From a virus (taxonomy: Duplodnaviria; Caudoviricetes), in the IMG/VR virus record IMGVR_UViG_3300031992_000016, positions 96,001-160,000 of that record: a stretch of 64,000 nucleotides of DNA; one strand, given 5' to 3'. Positions 1-12,700 of this stretch are shown here, one piece after another. Both the position numbers and the translations under genes were made by a program. The number at the start of each line of letters is the position of its first letter. The stretch's first letter is position 1. The notes under the pieces are model-generated. The model was not told the DNA's origin and ran no database searches. It saw nothing but the letters and a program-made list of their open reading frames with translations.

Positions 1-3000
1 GTGTCACCAGTAATAATATTAACATCCGCCGTCATGTTGTTAGTACCATCTAATTTTAAATAAACGGTATTATGATTATGACCAGCAAGAGCAAAGTATG
101 AATCAGGATGATAAGCTGATGCACCAATTGTAGTGCCAGCAATTACTTTACCACTTGAATCAATATAAATTGGCTAAGTAGCAGTACCAACAGCCGCACG
201 CGAATCAGTATATAATGCTTTTACCCAAGGCTACCAGCTCATTGTATTAACATTATCTACCTTCACTGTTTTTCCAAAACGATGATGAATTTGATAACTG
301 CTATCATCAATAAAAATTTGATGTCCATAAGTAGAATGCCATGGAATATCAATAATCATACCGTCATTTGAATTCCAGGTATCATTGTCATTCATTGCAA
401 TAGATGATACTTTCGCAGCTTGAATACCAATACCATTGGTATGGAATGCATCAACTGCTTCTTTAGTAGTTAATTGTGCATGATATTTTAAAATACTAGC
501 AGTATCAGCATTGCCAGTAACATTACCATTAAAAATCCATTTATTATCTGCACCTGCATAAATAATCCATTGACTAGCTTTATCATCATATAAACCATGA
601 TTAACATTTCCAGTTCCAACACCCCACCAATAGCTAATCGTTGAACTATACTACACTTTTATTTCTGCCTAACCGCCTGCAGCGTGTGTTGCAAGTACAT
701 GACCATTTACAATGCCTGCATATAAATTCTTCCAAGCAAAACTTGCAGTACCTAAATTAAATTCATTGTTCTTACCTGGCCGTAATGCGGTTTTACCATC
801 AAATAATGCAATAGTATTATCATAACCAGTAGCAAAACCAATAGCTAAAGAGCCAGTTTCTGGATAACAGATATAACTTGGACCACTATTATCTGCGGTT
901 CTTGTAAATTCAATATGTTTAATCGCGGTTTTGTCACTGAATATTAATCGTTTTACTTCTGCACTATTTAGAATTTTTGTATCTGTCTATACTGTATATA
1001 AATGGTCAGTATATTGATATACTGGATGAGTAGCATAAAGCATAATACAATATGTATTATAAGCACGACCCAACAAAATATAGCAATTACCATCATTAGA
1101 AGAAGGTAATGCCTATACAATTGGACTTGCTGATGCAATTTTACATTTTCTTCCTGTTGTTGGTGTAACTTTCAAATAAACATTCTTATGTGCCGTTAAA
1201 GTTGTACCAGTATTAAACGTATAACGTAAATCTACAGGATAAGAATAATATAATGCGCCAGCACTAATTGCCGCATCTGCATTAACTGTTGTGGTTGTAC
1301 CATAATAATAGATTAAACCATCGAGTAAGAATTCTTGGCTGGTAAGCATTGTCTTACTAGTGCCAGTTGAATTGCTTGTACTAGTAAGCGCGCATAAATG
1401 GTCTTCATCAACCTAAAATAATAACTAATATCTATAAATAACATTTGCAGCAATATGATTGCCATTTGCAATATATAAGTTAGAAATGGTTGTACTATTA
1501 CTGTCATAGTAATTTAATACTCTAAACGCACCGCCAGTTACAGTTGTCGCATTAACAGAATCAGCACCATCTATAGGAGTCATACTCGCTGCTGAGCCAG
1601 CAGCTTCAAACGTTACCCATAAATAATTATTAACAGGATAATGTGTAGTTAATCTACCAGTTCCATTTAAAACAACTGGATAGTAATTAGTACCATTATT
1701 CATGGAAATATAAACGCCCCAAGTGTGACCGGCGACAGGAATTTTAATTAAGAAAGTATCACCATCAGCAACATTTCTACCAATATTATAAGTCCATTTA
1801 ACTGGAAAATAACGCGGTGAAACACCAGAACCTTTATCTTGTTGTGCAGTACCAGTACCAGTAATTAAATTATTAAATACTTTACTATGTACTGTATCAC
1901 TAAATGTGCCATTAGTGCTATATACACCATTAAATTCATGTGATGCATCACCCAAGGAATGGGTTTTAGTTGCATATGAATAAATAGAACCCTAAGTAAT
2001 ATACAATGATTTAGATGCTGTATCCATCGCTGAACCAGTACCAGGACGAAGAAGAATAGCATTAAGCGCATTAATTGCAACATTGCCATTACTTGCTGCG
2101 GCCATATATGCTTGTTCTGTCTTAATTGTACCATTAGAATTAAGAGTGTACCAAGAAATCCTATTATTTGCAGCATTACTAATAGCATCATTAGCAGCAG
2201 TAAATTGAACATTGCCTCTAAATAATCCGCCTAAATCATCTATAATACGTATCCAACGAGTACCAACAACAGCGCCTGCATTTAAACGCTTATAATATAA
2301 ATGATTTGTGCTACCAAAAGGTACTGCTAAATCAGTATAATACCCATTGCTATTGCTATGATGCATTCTTAAAATATGCCACCAGGCTGTAGTTGGTGTA
2401 TCATTTACTTGCGCGGCATGTCCCGCCGTACCATTAATATCAAACCAACGCAAACCAATTAAATTATAATCAGTACCATCATTACGTACTAAACATTTAG
2501 CGCCTGTCGCAGTTCCATCTAAATCACCATGGAACTTATAAGCATATACAGTTTTCCATTGATGCGAAGTATCGCCTAAATCTTGAGCATTATCCGCGCC
2601 TGGACGCACAAGTCCAGTCTTATAAATAACCAACTGTTGATTTGCACTATCTCCTGTGCCAAAGCCAACAGCCAATACAGATGCGGCATTATCAGGATAA
2701 GTAACATAATTCCAACTACTACGGCTAAATTTAATATGTGATTCCGCAGCAGTACTTGCAATGGTTACTGTTTTTGTATTAGTTTCACCATTAATAGTTA
2801 CTTTACCTTTAGCAAAATTAGCAACTTGCGTACCAGTAGTTGCGCGAATAGTATCCCAAGATCCAGATAATGCGGCTTCATAGACTTGAACATCTACCTA
2901 ATTAGCAAACAATCTTATTCTATCAGGACCACTAGTATTATTTACATCATTACCTTTAAATAATAATAATTCACTTTTTTCATTAGCTGTATCTTTTGGT

Positions 3001-6000
3001 CCATAAATAGATTCACCAATATAAGTATGATTAAAACCAGCAGGACCATCACCATATACACCATAAAATGCAATATAGTTATTGCTACCAGAGTCGGCAC
3101 TAGCATAACCGTTTTGCCCGCTCCCAGTACCTGCGGTATCACTACTACCAATTAATAATGGTCCTTGTAACCAAGATTTACCACCAGCGACTTTTAACGC
3201 ATAATTTACATCTGGAGCAATATTAATACCTAAATGAGGTCTAATACTCCAACCAGTTGCCGCATGTCCTTGAATACGACTTGCTGCACTATTAGAACCA
3301 TTATAGCTAATATAAAAATTAGAATCAGTAATATCTGCTGCCGCAGCTGTTGCATTTGCTGGCGTTGAATATGCTCCAACTAGCCAAACACCATTACCAG
3401 TACCATTAAGAGTGCCTTGCGTACCACCAAGAGTTACAACAGACCAACCGTTTGAAGATCTATTAATTCTAATTCCTTCTGAGTATGAATTAGAAGTATT
3501 ATAAGAACCATTAATAACAATATGGCCATTAACAGTAATAAGATTGGCACCATTAGATACTGCTGTTCCACTATCACCAAATTTAATACCTGAACTATTG
3601 ATTTGTGCATATTGACCATTAGGCCCAACTTGGAACGTGCCGTCTGTGCGGAAAGTGCCGCTATCTTGATAAACATTCTTTGAACCGACGGTACGTATCC
3701 AAGTCTCATCAGTCATCTTCCAGCCGCCACCATTTGCAAATATTAAAGTATTATTTGTTAATGCAGTATTAGTATTATAAACTTTAAAACCATTAACTGC
3801 GCTAATTTGATGATCGAAATAGTATGATTTATCTTGACCATTTGTAAAATGTATCCAAGAGCCATTTTGCGCGCCAATTTCTACAGTAATACTATGATTA
3901 CTTATTTTTAATGTACCACCACTAATAGTGTCAGACCAAGTATTATCACCGCGCCAAAATTTAGCTGTCGTGCCGCCTGATGTAGAAATAGTTGCGGCAC
4001 TACCGGTAATGCTAATAGGCCACGTACCACTTGCGCCAGTACCAGTTAAAGTAGGTGTGTATAAATTATAATTTTTATCATCTAAAATAGTTGCCCAAGA
4101 TTTCCAAGGATTTGTACCATCAACTACATTCCAACCTGAACGATAACGAATACCATATGCTTTACCTTGAGCAGCGCTAGCATTATGACTAATATAAAAC
4201 TAAACAGCCCCACCATTACCAGCACGTATTACATATAACGCGCCATAGGCATATGGGGCATTTTGATTAGTCCCTGGATTATTAGTACCAGTAAAACCAT
4301 TACTAGAAGCAACATAATACGCACCTGTCGTAGTAATATCCCAAGAGCTATCAACACCAATATTGGTAGGTGCTTTGATAATATCATCTAAAGTACCAGT
4401 ACCGCCTAAGCTGATAGTTTTGTTGCCAATAGTAATGGATGAATTTTCTAACTTACTATTAGCAATAGAACCAGCTAACATAGCATTAGTTACTTTTCCT
4501 GCCCCAATAGTAGTGGCAACACTCCATCCCTTTGTGCTACTGCTTGACTCACCAGTTACGTCACCAGTTAATTTAACTGTTGTCCCAGAGGTAAAAGCCG
4601 CTGCGCTACCAGCCTTAGCAGTATAATCTTTATAGCTAACAGTTACTCGATGCTCTGTTGGTATAATAGAAGCATCATCTGCCGTATTATCAATGACTGA
4701 CCAGTCTTGTGAATAATCTCTTGTTAAATTGCTTGGCCAATATTCAAACATATCAATATTAAAATGAATATAATATGCTTCTGGTAATACCGCAGTACCA
4801 ATTAAACCCAGACCAATAGCAACATATTCTTGTCCATTTTCAGTATATGAAGATAAAGTAATTACTGGTCTATGTTCAGTGTTAGATGTTGCACTATAAT
4901 TACAAAATTCACCGTTATAAATATAAAAAACCAAACCTAATTCAGTTGGTAGTCCAGGATTATAATTATCCATATGGAAAATCAATTTTGGCATTACGTT
5001 TCCACTAGTATATGGAATTCTTGTTTTAATTAAAATTTCTTTTGGAGTACCAGATGTACCATAATCAATTACATTATGGAAATATCTACCAGTCTATGTT
5101 TTACCTGGCATAATTCCATCGGTACGGAAATGATAATTTGTACCATCATAATATACAATATAATTGCCGCCAGGCAATGTATAGTTTGAAGAAGAAGATG
5201 GCTTGCCGTTAATCCAAACCGGCTTATCTCCTGTTCCGCCAATATTTAATGTAAATGCGCCTTGATAAGTATTATCATAATAATGAGTATAAGGGAACTA
5301 TTTACCTGCTGTTAATTGAAATTTCCAACCGCCAATCGCGATTTTAGCTTGTTTAGCTGCGCCGCTAGTTGAAGTATTCTCATATGGGAACATATAAGAA
5401 TATGTATTATTATAATCAGCATTAGATAAAATCCAATAAGTACCATTATATACAAAAAGTGCGATTGCATCAGCACGCAATTCATTAGTTGATGTTAAAT
5501 TAGCAATATTCGCATTATATAATTTTTTAATATTTTTGGCGCCTTTACCATTAACATTTAAAGTTAAATTAGCAACTGCAGCAGTATTAGTATTACTAAA
5601 TGAAACAACTAATATGTCACCAGTCTATAGCTAATTATAATCTGCACACGTAACTACCTTTGCGGCAGTACCTGCAGCGGTCGCGCACGTACCATAAAAG
5701 ATACGTCCATTACCGGAAGCTAAATTTAAATCACTTAAACTATAACTATTGCCTAATTGTAATGTTTTATTATTTAAAATAAGATAACGACGTTCATCTT
5801 CTGGGGCAGGCGTCCAATATGTAGCTACAGGTCCGCGTTCCAATTTAATATTATTTAATTGTAAAAAATCACCTGCGGCATACTGATTAGTTGTTGTATT
5901 AGTACAATATAATCTAAAATACAACATTGTAATATTCGTTGGCAATACAAATGTAAATTCAACTCTTGTCCCAGTAACTGTTATTCCTTTTCTGGCAGAT

Positions 6001-6605
6001 GTAATTTCTGCAACACGTTTGCTTTGCAAAGCAGTTGTATCAAAAGTGCCAGCTGTCGTTTTATCTACATATAAATCTAAATTAATATAATAAGTAGTGC
6101 TATTAGTTGCACCTGATAATAATTTATAATCTAAATCAAAAGCAAGTGTGTATTCTGTATTAACAGCCAATGCGTCAAGATTATTAATTTTAATTTGATT
6201 AGCATTAGCAGTATTACTACTACTGCCTAAATATAAAGCTGCCTAACAAGCTGCGGTTTCTTTCAAAATTAAACCATGCGCATCGCTCGCTGTTAAAGTA
6301 CAATTACTTGCTGGCGTAAAATGATATACACCATTTAAATTTGGTAAATTATTATTATCTTTAAATAAAGTATTTTGTATTAAGTTTCTACCAGCAACAT
6401 CTGTGCCGACTAAATAATCTGCCGCGCGTGCATTCAGTGGGATACGATTGACACCCACTTGTGCCTAGTTCGCATCAGCAATATCAATATAAAACTTGCC
6501 ATCATCTTGCGTAAAATAGGCATACCCTTCCGTAGCCTTATAAGTAGAGTTACCTGTTTTACCTAGTGCTGATGATGAGCCTTTTAAAATTTTAAAGAGT
6601 GCCAA
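1..6605 (-). CDS. Long modular tail fibre / receptor-binding protein, >2200 aa, 3' end outside the window (TAG read as Gln)
   Basis: TTG start at 6605 behind SD AGGAGG. Track fragments ending at 6243, 5631, 5298, 4200, 2898, 1992, 1425 and 1113 all end in TAG and share one frame, which stays open to base 1. Motifs: N-terminal LFKILKG..YFTQDDGKFYID, GRNL...KLERGPVATYWTPAPED carbohydrate-binding-type domain, GDVTG fibre repeats, GGGWKMTDETWIR, and Gly/Thr/Asn-rich fibre modules. Confidence 0.85.
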
Positions 6606-6680
6606 TCTTCAGCCCCTCCTATCTCATCAAACTCTATATAGTATTATAAAACTAATTAGATAATTTATTAAAAATAGTCC

Positions 6681-6720
6681 AAAAAAAAATAAGGGTTAAG
6701 TGAATACTCACTTAACCCTA
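6681..6720 (-). terminator. Rho-independent terminator
   Basis: Stem AGGGTTAAGTGA / TCACTTAACCCT followed on the minus strand by a T9 tract, directly after the TAA at 6725. Confidence 0.85.
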
Positions 6721-6724
6721 TATA

Positions 6725-7432
6725 TTAAGATATTTCAGTTACATCATTCCAATAGCGACTTTCCATTAATTCTTTAAACTAACGAGTTAATTCGTTATAG
6801 TTCTGTAACATAATTAAATACTAACCATCTTCATAAATGGTTTCTTCTTCTGGAGTTGGTTGTAAAGCATCTAACCCATACAAAATTTTTGTATGTACTG
6901 CTTGTGTGCGCAAATTATATATGTAATGATAATTACTTGGATCATCTTCATCTTCGGCTAAGCGATAAAATCTTAAACCAAATTGAAGAGGTCCAGCAAC
7001 TTTTGTAGCAGCACCTTGAATTATCCAACCAAGTACCATATAGCCAGGATAACTCGTTAAATCTTTAAATAAAATTGGCGAAACATGACTTTCACCGGCC
7101 GCATTTACATATTCAATAACTGCGGTTGTACGATTTAAATCCATATCGTCAAAATAACGAGGTACTTTAAAGAAAATCGTTTCTGCTAAATGGTCTTTTT
7201 CTACACTTAAAAATTCTTTATAAGCAGGTTGATTTTCGATAAGAATTGTTCGGGAATTTAAATCTACGTCAATTAAAGGAGTAGTAGTAGGACATACCCC
7301 GAACAACATCTTATCTTGATAATTCTACTCTATTGTATAAAGAAGGGCTTTTAATACATTTGCGGCACGATTAGTAATCTCAGGATTTGCTACAACTCCT
7401 ACTCCAGTAGCAATTTCTTGTTGAGTTGCCAC
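6725..7432 (-). CDS. BppU-like (baseplate upper protein N-terminal domain) protein, 235 aa
   Basis: GTG start behind AAGGAGG, in-frame TAGs at 7325, 6821 and 6779, TAA stop at 6725. Motif EKDHLAETIFFKVPRYFDDMDL...GPLQFGLRF is paralogous to the upstream gene. Confidence 0.7.
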
Positions 7433-7449
7433 AATAATCCCTCCTTATA

Positions 7450-9435
7450 TTAAGTAATGTTAGGTGGATCTTGTGTAAGTTTATTAACTGCAGCATTGCA
7501 TCTAATTTGAATAGTGCCTGCTTTAGAATAATCAGAGAAAATCTCTTTATCAAACAATTGAGTGCGACCCTTAAATGTAAGCATATAGAAGCCTCTGCTA
7601 CTATCGCGCTGGAAAGCAGGATGGTCTTGCAAGAATTTTAAGAAATCAACAGAAACCACACCAACGTTACTTGTCTGTGCGTTAAGTGCTTCAAATGAAG
7701 TAACATATTCGTCTTCGATAGTAATGTTGAAGGCTAACTCACCAGCATCATTGGATACAAACTGCGCGGTAACGCCAACACTAGCTTTATAGTCATCTTT
7801 ATTTGGTGCAGTTGCTTCATATGTGTCATCACCGATTTCCGCAGAAGCACGGAAATTCATAATCTTACATTCAACCTGAGTACCAGCGGCGTTCAAGTCA
7901 ATGTCAAATGCAGGAGCAACTGGATACAATTGAGCATTTACAGATACGCCTGCGCCCTTCGTTAATGAACTATTCTGATAGGTATTAGTAACATTAACTG
8001 TATATAAACCAGCTTCAGTTGGAGTATATTCTGCGGCAATAGCACCATCAATAGCATTGTTATCTTTATACCATTGATAACTAATTTCGCCATTCTCATG
8101 GTCTTTCTTAGTTGCGCTAACACTAATGCTTTCTTTATCACCAGTACGATTAATAACTAACTCAGTTGGCAATTCTTGTACTACATCAAAATCAGAAGCA
8201 GCAAGAATACTGGTCATATCACTATCAATCCAACGAGTTTCATACTTCCCAGCAGTTTTTTCAACCTTATTACCAATCTTGACATAATAGTCGCCGGGTA
8301 CCTTGGTCTTTAATACGCTGTCCCAAATATTAGTAATAGTAGTAGTTGGTTCATCGCCCTCATTCTCTGCAGGAACAGTTTCAACACGTCTATTGATTGT
8401 ATGATTGACAAGATTAGATTCATTAACTAAATCCCACTCTGGCCAACGCTCTAAGAAACGTGCTTTCATTTCTGAATCAGAAATATCATCAGCGATTGCA
8501 GCACCATTATAATAAAGTTTATAAACAACTTGTGCATCAACAAATTGTCCTTTATTAGCTGCTGCGGCAGCATCTAATTCTGCAACAGTATTATCTTCAC
8601 TTGGAGTAAGTACAACTTCATAATTTTGTACAATATTCTTTTCTCCGAAGCTCTGTACGCCAGCGCCCTTTGGATAATAATTCAAATGAACAATAGGTGC
8701 AGGCATCTGTAACAAACTTGCAGTTCCACTATAGCTTGGACGATTATCTACAATACTAGACCAATCAGTTACATCTTCGGTAAAATCACCAGAAATAGTA
8801 TTCTTTACAGCAACCTTTGCGGCCAATGTGTGCTTTTCAGCAACAACTACTTCATCAATGTTCTTTAAAATAAATGTAACAGCAAAATCAACTGTACCAG
8901 CTACTGAGGCAGGGCCTGACTCATCACCAGAAATGGCCCAACCAAACCACATATGTTCATCATCATAGTCGATATAAAGCGCCTTATCAGTGCCAGATAA
9001 TGTGCCGTTATGCCATTGAATTAAAACTGAACCATGTACGCCGGTATTTTCATCTAAACCAACACAAGCAGCCAAGTCCATTGTATCAAAGTAACGAGGT
9101 ACTTCAAAGAATACAACTTCTGCGAGGTGGTCGCCAACAACTGCAATACCATTCTTTTGGAAATCAGCTGGGACAGTAATAACACCGCTATTTGTATTAA
9201 TAACAAAATACTGTTCATCAAATGGAACTCTCACATACAAAGGTAAGCGAGTCTAATCTATATTAGGCTTATTACGAATAATATCTAATGCTTCGTAATA
9301 TTGAGACAAAGTTTCTACTTGTTGTAACCCAGAGTCAGCAGCCAATTGTTTTCCAATAGTCATTGGCTCTGCATTTTCATTCTCAAATAGAACTCTGTTT
9401 AAACCCCTAGTTAAGGATTCTTGAGTTACTAGCAT
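7450..9435 (-). CDS. BppU-like N-terminal domain plus Ig-like domain baseplate protein, 661 aa
   Basis: ATG behind AAAGGAG. ORFs 9253..9435 and 7450..9240 are joined through a single TAG at 9253. Motifs GDHLAEVVFFEVPRYFDTMDL and Ig-like ISYQWYKDNNAIDGA...GLYTVNVTN. Confidence 0.75.
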
Positions 9436-9460
9436 AGCTCCACTACTCCTTTCTCATAAT

Positions 9461-9490
9461 TCGAGGAGTGCATTAAGATGCACTCCTCGA
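9461..9490. promoter_or_regulatory. Perfect 13-bp inverted repeat without a U-tract
   Basis: TCGAGGAGTGCAT-TAAG-ATGCACTCCTCGA in the intergenic region, just upstream of the SD of the gene starting at 9435. Confidence 0.6.
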
Positions 9491-9524
9491 TATCTATATA
9501 CTTATCAAAAAATTATTAAATATA

Positions 9525-9740
9525 TTATACTACTTCGTCCCGCATACTAATTTCATACCAATTAGTTGCCTCATCTTCTGGCACGGTCACTGTAACCATT
9601 TTGCGCGTACCATCTGTTAATAACTTCCCAGCATCTGCGCGCAATCTAATCAAACGTACATAATATACATCTTCTAAGTGGATAGGAGTTTCTAACACCC
9701 CATTAGTTCCAAGATAGCGATAAATAACTTGACGTGTCAT
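9525..9740 (-). CDS. Small protein (71 aa) following the large LRR/CotH protein; possible fibre chaperone
   Basis: ATG behind AAAGGAG, TAA stop, no TAG. Function inferred from position only. Confidence 0.7.
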   Translation of the reverse strand: MTRQVIYRYLGTNGVLETPIHLEDVYYVRLIRLRADAGKLLTDGTRKMVTVTVPEDEATNWYEISMRDEVV

Positions 9741-9758
9741 TTGAGTATCTCCTTTCCA

Positions 9759-12700
9759 TTAAATATCTCCATTAGGAGTATAAATAATAAAGTCTGGCGC
9801 ATCGACGCGAGTACCATAGGTAGGATTGCTGCTTGGAGAAGTGTCTCTTAAAGAACCCCACAACTAGCTACCATAAGAACCAGTCTGTTCATCAATTCCA
9901 CCGATAATATCATTTCTACTATATTCTGATAAATCTAAGTATAACATAATTGTTTTAGTTCTAACATCATTAGCAAACCAAGCAACCTGGCCATTATTAT
10001 CTACAGGTGGATTAACAAAATTCTCACGACCTGCTTCACCAGTAAAGTCACGTCTAAATGGTGCTTGACTGCCATCTCCACCTTGACCATAACTTACTAA
10101 TGCTGATGTATTAACTGGATTATCTACTGTACCAAATTCAATAGTTTCGTAGCCAATATTTTCAAATGCTCTTAATCCAATCTATGAAATATTAACATTG
10201 GCAGTTAATACAAGACGTGTATTAGCAATATATCTTGCTCCGCCTTCTTTATTAGCAGCATCGTCTCTATTACGTAACAAACCAACTGAGTTCATTTGGA
10301 TAAATGCTCTTGTGCCAATAACCGATGCATTAATTGGATCATGCAATACTAGGCGTGTAGCATAAGCAACTGCGCCAGGTCCAATTACATTTAATGACTG
10401 TGGTATATCAAGATGACGTAAGTTAGGCATATAAGCAAACGCACATGTACCAAATTCTGTAATCCGACAAGGATTTTGTTCATCATTCATACCTTCAAAG
10501 AAGATGTGAGTAATTTGCGCATTATGTGTCTGGCCATTCTCTACTGTTGCTGTTGGTACATTATCTTGGATAATACCATTGGCTGCCATCTTTGTAACAG
10601 TATAATTAACTGTTTCACCACCGCCAACATCAACAGTAATTGTTCTTGGGATACAAATCTTACCGTAAGCTAATGGGCATCCCTTTTTAATACTAATAGA
10701 AACTTCAGTACCTTGAGCATTATTAGTAGCGATATTAAAGTTTTCTGTTGTACCAGGGATAGGATAATCATATACGCTTACTGTTTTGAATTGTGCGAAG
10801 AACGTAATTGGCTTATCTGTTGTTGGAGTACGAGTTGAATTATAAGTATAATATACATCATTAGCTTCTGGTACTTCTTTTGTGGTCCATCCTAAGAAAT
10901 GATAAGTCTGTGCCAATGGCAACATTGAATCATCCTTATATGGATTAACTCTTGAGAATTGAATTGGCTCGCCTGCATAAGCAGTACCAGTTAATACATT
11001 CCCATCAAAATCAGTAGCAGGAGTAGTCGCATTAAACATATACGTAATTAAATATGGTGTTTTAGAATAAACTGCAACTAATGTATAATTAACTAAATTG
11101 CCGCCTGTTGGTTGCAAAGATAAAGAAGACAAATTAACTTCACCCATGCTATTTGCAGGAAGGATAGTACCAGCATCAATTAAATTTAATGCCTCGGTTT
11201 TATCTAATTGAGATGCCTTGGCACGCCATTGCTCAACGGTATATTGATTTTCGCCATCACCAGCAATAGCCCAACCCATAAAGTCATAATGCAAACGACG
11301 TGGTTTTTCAAAATTCTCTGAATAAGATACCTGTGCATTACCAAATCCATTTGCATACTTTTGAGTGCCAAACTCATGCATGCTCTTACCTTCATCATCT
11401 AAGAATTCAATAAAGCGCGCACGATTAGCTTCTGTTACGTAATTTGCGGTAATATCAAGTTTATTGAAATTACCAGTAGCCTGATAGTAAGCAAAAATTT
11501 CTGCTTCATTTACTGGCGTACTTGAAGTATTATTGATATGTACTTTACCAGTAATAGTAGGAATTAATTTTTCATTCTTATTTGTAACACTATCTAGCAA
11601 TGGACGGAAATGATAATTTTCAATGCTGCCTTGACTAATACGGTCTTGGATGAAATTATTAAACAATGATAAATTAGTGATTGGGCTTTCACCTTTTTCA
11701 GTATCATATAGATATAATAAACCATCACGTTTATCTTGTTCAAATTGTGTAATATTAACACTAGGATTAATATTACCAGCACCAAAATAACGCACATATT
11801 TAATTTGATCTCTATAGTAATAATTTGCTTGCTGTGATTCATCATAGCTTTCATCAACAGCTACTTGATGATAAGGTGTCCAATCAGCATTTAAAACTTG
11901 GATACGCAAATCTGCAGAAGTACCAGTGTGTGCCGTCGTTGGATTAGCAATACGTTCTCTCTTTAATTTTACCAAATAAGCTAGCATCTTATAAGTATCA
12001 TAGCCTAATAAAGTATCATCCATTTGATAATATTGAATAATAGAATTGTATTCATCTGGAATTGCAGAAGTAGTTAATGCATAATCTAACTTATCAGTTA
12101 AATCTTCTATATATAAACCTTCTTGATTATTTCCAGCACTTGTCTATGATTTGCTCGTTAAAATTCTAGTTAATTTCAATGGTGAAATCAAAGACAAATT
12201 ACCAATAGTCTTTGGCAAATAAACTGTAGTTAATACATTACCTGCAGGCATTGGCGCCTGTGCAATTTCAGTACCTAATAGTTTTAAAACTTCTAACTTC
12301 GGACAATCTTTAATATCTGGATCACCAGTTAATTGTTTTAAATTACTTAAATCAACTAAGCGTAATAATCCACGTGGTCCAATAGCAAAGCTGGTTAAAT
12401 TATTGTTGTAATAACCTTCCCTATCATCACCAACTTTTAGCTCACGAATTCTGTCTGCAGAACCAAGCACAAATTCATTCAAATATTTAGGAGCTAAATC
12501 GCCTAAACTTGAAACATATTGTGGGCCTCTTACATAAGCTAATTGCTGCGTTAAAGCAACACCCAAAGATGCACGCTTACCAATTGAACTTGGTGGCTCA
12601 ATAGTAACGTTTTCAGCAGTGCCGCCTAATTTAAATTTAACACTTGGTGCAGCAGTTTGGTCATATAAGACTGTAACATACTGTGATAAATATGGTGTAA

